Part shown: positions 24,521 to 32,000 of the stretch, in pieces
Layout of the letters: each line of letters starts with the position of its first letter
Position numbering within the stretch: the first letter of the stretch is position 1
DNA from: Tannockella kyphosi
GTDB lineage: Bacteria; Bacillota_I; Bacilli_A; Erysipelotrichales; Coprobacillaceae
Direction of reading: 5' to 3'
DNA: 32,000 nucleotides
NCBI RefSeq assembly: GCF_021054785.1
Contig: NZ_CP088239.1
Location: forward strand, 540,001 to 572,000
Notes under the pieces: generated by a model
The model's input: the letters and a program-made list of their open reading frames with translations, nothing else
The model's database searches: none
Told to the model about the DNA's origin: nothing
Program-made: the position numbers and the translations under genes

Positions 24521-26536
24521 ATGTATTCATCTCGTCAAATTAAAATTATATCTCAATGTTTAGGTAGAGATGATTACATTACTTATCAGGAAATCTCTGA
24601 TCACTTAGAAATAAGCACACGTACAATCATGCGTGAAATAACATATATTAATGATGAACTACGTAATTCACAATTGCGTATTGAAACTAAAAAAGGAAAA
24701 GGCATTTGTTTAGTAGGGGATGAAGAAAAGAAACAGAACTTACTGATTGATATCCAAGGATCAAAAGTTGATTATATGGATAAACAAGAACGCCAAGAAC
24801 TTCTATGTTTAGAGTTATTACAATCGAAACAAATTCAAAAATTATATTACTATAGTAATAAATTCCAAGTATCAGAAGCAACTATTTCACATGACTTGGA
24901 TGATGTAGAACAATTCTTAGAGAAATATGAAGTGGAATTAATTCGTCGTCCTGGTTTTGGAATAGGAGTTATCGCGAATGAAACATCTATTCGTAGAGCT
25001 ATTTCATCGATTATTAATAATACGGTACAACACCATATTATGAATATTGATTTTGATCGTTATTCATTCCAAGATGTTTTACAACAACTAGCGGCAACGA
25101 ATAATACAAATATGCAAAAAGTATTAGATTTTGATATTTTAAAGAAAATATTAATTGTTTTTAGAGAAAATCGTCAAGCATTTAAATTAGATCAAATGGC
25201 TAAAAGTTCTTATATTGGATTATTAATTCATTTAATGATTGCAGTTGGAAGAATGCAAACATTTGAAAGTTTAGAGAAAAACAGAGAAGTTATTGAATTA
25301 GTAAAAGATAAAGAAGCATTGATGCGAGCTGAAATGATTTTTCAATGTTTAGCTAGTGAGTTTGATATAGAAGTGGATGAAGTAGAATGTGCGTTTATTG
25401 CAATTCATTTAGAGAGTTCGAAAGCTACGATGGTGGACTTAGAAAACCCAATTGAAGAGCATTATGATGTTATCTTGCGAATGCTGCATATCTTTAAAGA
25501 AAATGGTTATAACCTGTTTGGAGATTATGAATTAATTCAAAGCTTATCAGCGCATCTAAAACCAGCATTACTTCGCTTACAATATCAATTACCTATTTAT
25601 AATCCTTTATTAAAAGAAATAAAAGAAAATTATAAAGAGATATTTAAGGTATGTCAAAAAGCTGGTACAATATTTGAAGAAACATATCATTACTATTTAA
25701 ATGATGATGAAATAGGTTACTTAGTTCTCCATTTTGCAGCAGCAATTGAAAGATATAAGTTATCAAACTTAAGAAAAATTACAGTAGGAATTGTATGTAG
25801 TAGTGGAATTGGGATGTCAGCATTATTAATGGCTCGTTTAAAAAGAGTAGTTGATAAGAATGTTCGATTTATTCCTTTATCAATTAGTGATGTAGATAAA
25901 AATGACTGTGAGTTATTAATCTCTACCTTTGTTGTAGAAAACGCTATTCAAGTAACTCCACTATTAAATCAAAGTGATGTAGTTGAAGTATTAAAAGTTA
26001 TTAATACAAAACGTAAACAATTACCGAAAGTAGAAACAAAAACAGTTGATTTTGACTTAATGGATGCAGTAGAATTTATCAAACAGGTAGTAACTAATTT
26101 AGAAGTTCATATGTTACAAAGTGATTGTGATAAATCACAAATGATTGATTTTGTATGTGCAAAAATGCTGGATAACCCTGAACTAGTCAAAGTAATTCAA
26201 AAAAGAGAAGAGAATGGTAGTACAATGTATCAAAACTTCCATTTTGGTTTATTACATGCAACAACAGATTTAGTAGATCATTGTCTTGTTAAGGTTTTTT
26301 TACCAGAAAAACCTTTTACAAACAAAGCATTACAAGATATTGATGTTATCTTATGTATGCTTTTACCAACAAATGCTTGTGAAAGTCATCGACAAATGAT
26401 GTCCACTATTTCTGTTATGTTAATAGAAGAACCAACATTCTTTGAAACACTACTAGTAGGAAATAAAGAAGAAATTCAGTCTGTATTGCAAATTCATTTA
26501 CAGCAATATATTACAACGAAGATTAGGGAGGAATAA
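24521..26536 (+). CDS. mtlR: PRD-containing transcriptional activator of the MtlR type (HTH, Mga-like, PRD1, PRD2, EIIB-Gat-like, EIIA-Mtl-like)
   Basis: 671 aa with an N-terminal HTH (ITYQEISDHLEISTRTIMREI), two PRD segments with conserved His contexts (LLIHLMIA, IAIHLE, LVLHFAAA), an EIIB-like VGIVCSSGIGMSALL and a C-terminal EIIA-like HFGLLHAT. Its position after mtlA matches Geobacillus mtlA-mtlR-mtlF-mtlD. Confidence 0.88.
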   Translation: MYSSRQIKIISQCLGRDDYITYQEISDHLEISTRTIMREITYINDELRNSQLRIETKKGKGICLVGDEEKKQNLLIDIQGSKVDYMDKQERQELLCLELLQSKQIQKLYYYSNKFQVSEATISHDLDDVEQFLEKYEVELIRRPGFGIGVIANETSIRRAISSIINNTVQHHIMNIDFDRYSFQDVLQQLAATNNTNMQKVLDFDILKKILIVFRENRQAFKLDQMAKSSYIGLLIHLMIAVGRMQTFESLEKNREVIELVKDKEALMRAEMIFQCLASEFDIEVDEVECAFIAIHLESSKATMVDLENPIEEHYDVILRMLHIFKENGYNLFGDYELIQSLSAHLKPALLRLQYQLPIYNPLLKEIKENYKEIFKVCQKAGTIFEETYHYYLNDDEIGYLVLHFAAAIERYKLSNLRKITVGIVCSSGIGMSALLMARLKRVVDKNVRFIPLSISDVDKNDCELLISTFVVENAIQVTPLLNQSDVVEVLKVINTKRKQLPKVETKTVDFDLMDAVEFIKQVVTNLEVHMLQSDCDKSQMIDFVCAKMLDNPELVKVIQKREENGSTMYQNFHFGLLHATTDLVDHCLVKVFLPEKPFTNKALQDIDVILCMLLPTNACESHRQMMSTISVMLIEEPTFFETLLVGNKEEIQSVLQIHLQQYITTKIREE

Positions 26537-26538
26537 GA

Positions 26539-27237
26539 ATGATAAATGTTTACTTTGCTTGTGATGCCGGGATGGGATCAAGTGCTTTAGGAGCTTCTAT
26601 GCTTAGAAAGTATGTTAATCAAGATATAAAAGTAAGTCATTGTTCAGTTTATAAAATACCAACTAGTTGTGATGTTGTTATTGTCCAAAAACACTTGTCA
26701 TCTCAAGTAGATGACCGTAATAAATACAAAAGAATATATGATATATTATATTTTTTAGATGATAAAATACTTAGAGAAATCGCGAAGGAGATTAATAAAA
26801 TGGGAAATAATGAAATGTTAAAAAAAGAGGCTATTATCTTAAATTGTGCATCTTGTACAAGTGATGAAGCTATTGTAGCAATGGGAGAATTATTACAGGC
26901 TCATGGTTATATTGAAGCACCATATATTCAAGGAATGTTAAATAGAGATCATGATTTAACAACTTATTTAGGGAATGATTTAGCTATTCCTCATGGTGAA
27001 TTTGATGTAAAGAAATATGTATTAAATACTGGTATTGCAGTAATGATTTATCCAAATGGAATTGATTGGAATGGAAATTTAGTACGTATCGTTATTGGTA
27101 TTGCTGCAAAAGGTGATGACCATATGGAAATCTTATCAAATATTGCTATTACATTATGTGAAATGGAAACAGTAGATCAAATAGTAGCTAGTGATGACGT
27201 TGATTTTATTCGTAATATTTTAGTGGAAGGAGCATAA
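26539..27237 (+). CDS. mtlF: PTS mannitol-family EIIB-EIIA fusion protein (soluble)
   Basis: Residues 1 to about 60 are an EIIB domain (VYFACDAGMGSSALGASMLRK, paralogous to the MtlA C-terminus). Residues from about 95 to 232 are EIIA-Mtl (LGNDLAIPHGEF phospho-His context, IGIAAKGDDHMEILSNIA). Strong SD GGGAGGA. Confidence 0.85.
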   Translation: MINVYFACDAGMGSSALGASMLRKYVNQDIKVSHCSVYKIPTSCDVVIVQKHLSSQVDDRNKYKRIYDILYFLDDKILREIAKEINKMGNNEMLKKEAIILNCASCTSDEAIVAMGELLQAHGYIEAPYIQGMLNRDHDLTTYLGNDLAIPHGEFDVKKYVLNTGIAVMIYPNGIDWNGNLVRIVIGIAAKGDDHMEILSNIAITLCEMETVDQIVASDDVDFIRNILVEGA

Positions 27238-27241
27238 ATTT

Positions 27242-28174
27242 ATGATAATCACAGTAACTTTAAATCCCGCAATTGATAAAACAGCACAATTAGAAATGTT
27301 AGAAGTAAATGAATTAAATCGTTTAACAAATGTTATTTTAGATGCTGGTGGAAAAGGTATTAATGTTTCGAAAGCAATTCAAGAATTAGGGGGTACATCT
27401 ATTTGTACAGGTTTTATTGCAGGTACAAATGGAAAATGGATTCAAGATGAATTAGTTGAAAAAGGGTTGGAATGTCGTTTTAAAGAAGTTCCTGGTAATA
27501 CCAGAATGAATTTAAAAGTTCTTGATAAAGAAATGAATTTAACAGAGTTAAATGAAACAGGATTACCTATTAGTAAAGAAGATATAGAGTCTTTTACGGA
27601 ACAATTAATTAACATGTGTAATCCAGGGGATACTGTGGTATTGGCTGGTAGTGTTCCTGCTGGCGTAGAAAAAAACATTTATTTTGATTTAACAAAATTG
27701 TTAAAATCTAAAGGAATGAAAGTAGTATTAGATGCTGATGGAGAATTATTTGATTTAGGTATTGAAGCAGGTCCTAGTGTTATTAAACCTAATAAATATG
27801 AGTTGTGTAAATACTTTGATTTATCTAAAGATATTAGTGATGAAGAAATGGTAGAACATGCTAAAAAATTATTAGATAAAGGAATGGAAACAATCGCTAT
27901 TTCTTTAGGATCTAGAGGAGCTATCTTTGTAAGAAAAGAAAAAGTAGCTTATGTAAAAGGCTTAAAAATCAAAGCACATTCTGCAGTAGGTGCTGGTGAT
28001 TCTATGGTTGGTGCTATTAGTTATGCTATGGAACAACAATTAAACTTTGAAGACTTTATTACTTTAGCAGTTGCAACTTCTGCTGGTGCAGTTATGACAG
28101 AAGGTACGAAAGCTCCAAGTATCGATGTAGTAAAAGGTTTAATGGAACAAGTAGAAATAGAATTTAAAGATTAG
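27242..28174 (+). CDS. fruK: 1-phosphofructokinase-family sugar-phosphate kinase (FruK/LacC/PfkB subfamily)
   Basis: ITVTLNPAIDKT, DAGGKGINVS, IKPNKYEL and the GAGDSMVGA anion-hole motif; 310 aa. It starts 4 nt after the EIIBA stop. Substrate specificity cannot be read from the sequence. Confidence 0.8.
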   Translation: MIITVTLNPAIDKTAQLEMLEVNELNRLTNVILDAGGKGINVSKAIQELGGTSICTGFIAGTNGKWIQDELVEKGLECRFKEVPGNTRMNLKVLDKEMNLTELNETGLPISKEDIESFTEQLINMCNPGDTVVLAGSVPAGVEKNIYFDLTKLLKSKGMKVVLDADGELFDLGIEAGPSVIKPNKYELCKYFDLSKDISDEEMVEHAKKLLDKGMETIAISLGSRGAIFVRKEKVAYVKGLKIKAHSAVGAGDSMVGAISYAMEQQLNFEDFITLAVATSAGAVMTEGTKAPSIDVVKGLMEQVEIEFKD

Positions 28175-28198
28175 AATAGAGAAATCTATTCTTTTTTT
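28174..28198 (+). terminator. Rho-independent terminator after the kinase gene
   Basis: GAATAGA / GAAA / TCTATTC followed by TTTTTTT. Confidence 0.8.
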
Positions 28199-28230
28199 AT
28201 TTGTTATACATATATTTTATTGGTGATACT

Positions 28231-28536
28231 ATGTTTATAAAAATAAAGAAATTACAGTTTTTATGTAGTTTATGTTTGTTATTTCAAGTGTTTTTAGCTT
28301 CTTGGTTTATTCCTTTTCACTTGATAGCAGCTATTTTATCTATTTTTATTATTTTATGGCAAAGAAGATATAAAGCAATATGTATTCAATATCATTATTA
28401 CATTCTTTGTTTATATTTTTTTAGAATTTATTTATTATCAACTAATTGTTGGTACTTTTTAGAATTCGGATATTTAGTAAGTGTTTTATTTTTAGGAATG
28501 TTTTTATTTTTAATTTCTCTACATGCAATCTTGTAA
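28231..28536 (+). CDS. Hypothetical small multi-pass membrane protein
   Basis: 101 aa counted from ATG 28231 (SD GGTGA). It is very hydrophobic and aromatic-rich, with 3-4 predicted TM segments and no recognisable motif. It could be a non-coding AT-rich spacer. Confidence 0.35.
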   Translation: MFIKIKKLQFLCSLCLLFQVFLASWFIPFHLIAAILSIFIILWQRRYKAICIQYHYYILCLYFFRIYLLSTNCWYFLEFGYLVSVLFLGMFLFLISLHAIL

Positions 28537-28561
28537 AAGAGTATCAAGGACATATAAATCG

Positions 28562-28570
28562 TGATATAAT
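28562..28570 (+). promoter_or_regulatory. Extended -10 element (TGaTATAAT) upstream of dnaE
   Basis: TGATATAAT lies about 25 nt upstream of the dnaE start. Confidence 0.45.
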
Positions 28571-28594
28571 AATCAAAGGAAGTAGGGTGATTGT

Positions 28595-31500
28595 ATGATT
28601 GGACATTTACAAGTTTATACTAGCTATAGTTTTCAACAAAGTACTATTTTAATCAAGGAACTTTGTCAGCAAGCAAAACATTTAGGATATCAAGCATTAG
28701 CGATTAATGATGTTAACTCTATGTATGGTGTTGCTGAGTTTTATGGTGTTTGTAAAAGCTATGGATTAAAACCAGTAATTGGTATGGAAGCAACAGTTTT
28801 GATTGAAGGAGATAAATATTCTTTGTTATTATATGCAAAAGATACGACTGGTTATTTTGATTTAATAAAAATTAGTACTAAAATCCAATTATCTGATGAT
28901 CATGCAATCGATTTAGAAGGATTATATGTATATAGTGAACATTTATATGTTGTTTCAGGTTGTCAAGAAGGAATTATTGAACGTTCTTTAGATAAAGAAA
29001 TGGATGTTTTAGCAGATAATTATGTTTCTTTATTAAAAAATAAATTTCATGATAATTTCTTTTTATGTATTCAAAATCATGGTTTATTAATACAACAAAA
29101 AAGAAACCAAAAATTAATAGAATTAGCTTCTAAATATCAAATAAAAGTATGTTGTTCTAATGAAGTACGCTATCTTCAAGAAAAGGATTCCCTAGCATTA
29201 GATTTACTACATGCTAGCTCTTTAAATTATACATTAGATAAAATGCATGAACCTATTACCACACAATTATATTTAAAAGATGCTAATTCAATGTGTTCCT
29301 TGTTTAACCAAGAGTATATTGATAATACAAACTTTATTTTATCATCTTGTAATGTGACTATTCCTATGGGGGAAATGCATTTACCTAAATATGATTTACC
29401 AGAAACAGTAGATACCAATGCTTATTTAAAACAATTATGTAATGTAGGACTAAATAAAAGATTAAATGGAAATGTAAACCAAACATACCAAGCACGCTTA
29501 GAAAAAGAACTAGGTGTTATTCAAAAGATGGGTTTCTGTGATTATTTTTTAATTGTTTTTGATTATGTTCGTTTTGCTAAAAAAGAAGGAATTCTAGTAG
29601 GACCAGGTAGAGGAAGTGCGGCCGGAAGTTTAGTAGCTTATGTTTTAGGGATTACCAATGTAGATCCAATTGAACATGATTTACTTTTTGAACGTTTTTT
29701 AAATGAAGACCGTATTTCTATGCCAGATATTGATGTTGATTTTCAAGATAATCGTAGAGAAGAGGTAGTAGCCTATATTACCCAAAAGTATGGGAAGGAT
29801 AATGTTGCTCAAATTGTTACTTTTTCAACATATGGTCCTAAAGTAGCGTTACGTGATTTAGCAAAGGTAATGAATATTCCAACTGTTAGAGTGGATATTC
29901 TTTCCAAAATGATACCAACAGATTTGAAAAGCAAAAAATCAATTGCTCAATTAATGGAAGAATCTTATGAGTTTTCTAGCTTTGTAAATAAAGATGACTT
30001 ATTATCTAAGATTATTCAAAGTGCGATCATAGTTGAAAAACTACCTAGAAATATTTCTACCCATGCTGCTGGTATTGTGTTATCAAAAGATGTATTAATG
30101 CATGTTGTCCCTTTAGCAAAAACAAATACTGGTGTTATTAGTCAATATTCTAAAAAGTATATTGAATCGATCGGTTTATTAAAAATGGATGTTTTAGGAT
30201 TAAGAAACTTAACACTTTTACAATATATGATAGAAGACATAGAAAGAGTTTATCATAAAAAAATAAACATTAATAATTTAGATACAAATGATCAAAAAAC
30301 ATTTGAATTATTTAGAAGAGGAGATACTTTTGGTATTTTCCAATTAGAATCTACTGGTATTAGAAATCTTATTCGATCAATGCAATGTGATTGTTTTAAT
30401 GATATTGTTGCTACTATTGCTTTATATCGACCAGGTCCAATGGAAAATAATCCTATTTATATTGCTCGTAAAACAAAAAAAGAAGCAATTATATATCCTT
30501 TAGAACAATTAAAACCAATCTTAGAACCTACTTATGGAATATTTATTTATCAAGAACAAATTATGCAAGTAGCTACACTTATTGCTGGTTTTTCTTTATC
30601 AAAAGCAGATATCTTACGTAAAGCAATGTCTGATAAAAACCTTGAGACAATGAAGTCTTTAAAACAAGAGTTTTTAGACGGTGGTGTTCAAAATGGATAT
30701 AATAAAGAAGAAGTAAGTCATATTTATGATTTGATTGAAAAATTTGCAGACTATGGATTTAATAAATCACATTCGGTTGTATATGCTCAAATTGCTTATC
30801 AACAAGCTTATATCAAAGCTAATTTTCCATTAGTATTCTTTAGTTCTAATTTATCGAATGATCAATCTAGTGCCACAAGTAAGCTAAGAATCATTCAAGA
30901 GATGAAAAAGAATAATATGATGTTATTGCCTCCATCTATTAATAAATCAACAAATCGATTTACAATTGAAGGAGATAATATTCGTTATTCTTTATTAGCA
31001 GTTAAGAATATTGGACAAGCAGGTTATCAAGCTATTATTGATGCAAGACAGGCTGGACCTTTTAAGGACTTTTTTGATTTTTTATCAAGAGTACAAAATA
31101 GTCGCTTAAACCAAGCTATGATTGAAAGCTTAATAGATGCTGGAGCATTTGATGAATTTGGTTATAACAGACCAACTATTAAAGCAAATATTAGTAAATT
31201 TATGGAATTTTCAACGATGGCCAATAGCTTTGGAATAGAGGTTCCTCCACAAATTCAATTAATCAAAGAAAAAAAATTACAAACATTAGAATTAGAGAAA
31301 AATGCTTTAGGAATCTATTTAACAAGTCATCCAATCGTACTAGCAAAATCATCATTAGATACAGATTTTATTAATATAATGGATTTAGAGAAATATCGAG
31401 GAAAATATGTTGCAGTTATGATTCAAATTCAAAAAGTACGTAAAATATTTGATAAAAAGAATAATCAAATGTGCTTTATAGAAGGAAATGATGAAACTGG

Positions 31501-31651
31501 AAGTATAGAAGGTGTTGTATTTAGTCAAGTATTTGATCGATGTAGAGATCAATTAAAAATAGGTAATATAGTATATATAGAAGCAAAGGTTGATAATAAA
31601 GATAAATTATCTTTATTAATCAACCAAGTAAAAGAAAGAGGTATTTCATGA
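28595..31651 (+). CDS. dnaE: DNA polymerase III alpha subunit, DnaE type
   Basis: N-terminal PHP domain (HLQVYTSYSF...LAINDVNSMYG), palm motifs GPGRGSAAGSLVAYVLGIT and PDIDVDF, FQLES, and an OB fold at the C-terminus; 1018 aa. Confidence 0.93.
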   Translation: MIGHLQVYTSYSFQQSTILIKELCQQAKHLGYQALAINDVNSMYGVAEFYGVCKSYGLKPVIGMEATVLIEGDKYSLLLYAKDTTGYFDLIKISTKIQLSDDHAIDLEGLYVYSEHLYVVSGCQEGIIERSLDKEMDVLADNYVSLLKNKFHDNFFLCIQNHGLLIQQKRNQKLIELASKYQIKVCCSNEVRYLQEKDSLALDLLHASSLNYTLDKMHEPITTQLYLKDANSMCSLFNQEYIDNTNFILSSCNVTIPMGEMHLPKYDLPETVDTNAYLKQLCNVGLNKRLNGNVNQTYQARLEKELGVIQKMGFCDYFLIVFDYVRFAKKEGILVGPGRGSAAGSLVAYVLGITNVDPIEHDLLFERFLNEDRISMPDIDVDFQDNRREEVVAYITQKYGKDNVAQIVTFSTYGPKVALRDLAKVMNIPTVRVDILSKMIPTDLKSKKSIAQLMEESYEFSSFVNKDDLLSKIIQSAIIVEKLPRNISTHAAGIVLSKDVLMHVVPLAKTNTGVISQYSKKYIESIGLLKMDVLGLRNLTLLQYMIEDIERVYHKKININNLDTNDQKTFELFRRGDTFGIFQLESTGIRNLIRSMQCDCFNDIVATIALYRPGPMENNPIYIARKTKKEAIIYPLEQLKPILEPTYGIFIYQEQIMQVATLIAGFSLSKADILRKAMSDKNLETMKSLKQEFLDGGVQNGYNKEEVSHIYDLIEKFADYGFNKSHSVVYAQIAYQQAYIKANFPLVFFSSNLSNDQSSATSKLRIIQEMKKNNMMLLPPSINKSTNRFTIEGDNIRYSLLAVKNIGQAGYQAIIDARQAGPFKDFFDFLSRVQNSRLNQAMIESLIDAGAFDEFGYNRPTIKANISKFMEFSTMANSFGIEVPPQIQLIKEKKLQTLELEKNALGIYLTSHPIVLAKSSLDTDFINIMDLEKYRGKYVAVMIQIQKVRKIFDKKNNQMCFIEGNDETGSIEGVVFSQVFDRCRDQLKIGNIVYIEAKVDNKDKLSLLINQVKERGIS

Positions 31652-32000
31652 AAAAAATGATATTAATCGATGGTAACTTCTGGTTATTTAGTTGTTACTA
31701 TGCAACAGCAGCAATGGGTAACTTAATGGTAAATAAAGATGGTGTACCAACCAATGGGGTATACGGATTCGCCCAAAGATTAGGAAGTGTCTTAAAAGAA
31801 AATCCTGATTATGTAGTTGTTGCTTTTGATGCAAAAGGGAAAACATTCCGTAGTGATATGTTAGAACAATATAAAGAAAACAGAAAAGAAACACCTCAAG
31901 AATTAACATGTCAATTTCCAATGGTGAAAGAGTTTTTAGATGCTTATCAAATTCAACACTTAGAATTAACTGGTTATGAAGGCGATGATATTATTGGAAC
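31648..32000 (+). CDS. polA: DNA polymerase I / 5'-3' exonuclease (FEN) N-terminal domain; partial, runs off the window end (not in the ORF track)
   Basis: My own translation is MKKMILIDGNFWLFSCYY...GVPTNGVYGFAQRL...VVAFDAKGKTFRSDMLEQYKENRKETPQEL...YEGDDIIG, which matches the PolA 5'-nuclease domain. Its ATG overlaps the dnaE stop (ATGA). Confidence 0.85.
   Translation, partial: MKKMILIDGNFWLFSCYYATAAMGNLMVNKDGVPTNGVYGFAQRLGSVLKENPDYVVVAFDAKGKTFRSDMLEQYKENRKETPQELTCQFPMVKEFLDAYQIQHLELTGYEGDDIIG

Noticed and set aside
1-32000. Scan for CRISPR arrays, IS/transposase or integrase genes, tRNA/rRNA genes, toxin-antitoxin pairs and defence-system signatures
   Set aside because: I could find none by eye. 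Every gap longer than 100 nt is accounted for by terminators, promoters or riboswitch leaders.

Overview
AT-rich chromosomal core region of a low-GC Firmicute, coded almost entirely on the plus strand. The only minus-strand gene is a small ferredoxin. Gene order resembles Bacillus, and sporulation genes are present (yqfC/yqfD, a SpoVD-like PBP, a SpoVIF-like protein). An Erysipelotrichia or Clostridia-type lineage is only a guess. Order of content: T-box leader tail and DAHP synthase; rpsU; yqfC-yqfD-phoH; OmpR-type response regulator, histidine kinase and HtrA protease; FMN riboswitch and ribU; fer (minus strand); an acidic tail-anchored orphan; cmk-der-gpsA; SpoVIF-like; yceD-rpmF; mraZ-rsmH-ftsL-PBP2B, then a separately transcribed SpoVD-like PBP; CNNM/CorC-type transporter; RumA-like protein plus TSCPD protein; nagA; mtlA-mtlR-EIIB/EIIA-fruK; a small membrane ORF; dnaE overlapping the 5' part of polA. 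I saw no CRISPR array, mobile element, tRNA/rRNA gene or obvious defence island, and intergenic gaps are short, so I cannot point to a clearly new multi-gene system. The most unusual items are: (1) a mannitol-family PTS operon that ends in a FruK/LacC-family kinase where mtlD is expected, and also carries an extra soluble EIIB domain fused to EIIA; (2) a RumA/RlmCD-like protein that keeps its TRAM domain and Fe-S cysteines but has altered methyltransferase motifs, coupled to a TSCPD protein; (3) a phased array of GTG decamers (candidate MraZ boxes) in front of mraZ; (4) a two-component system plus HtrA module sitting where phoH is normally followed by ybeY-dgkA-era. All homology calls come from reading motifs by eye and from remembered reference sequences. 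No searches were run.
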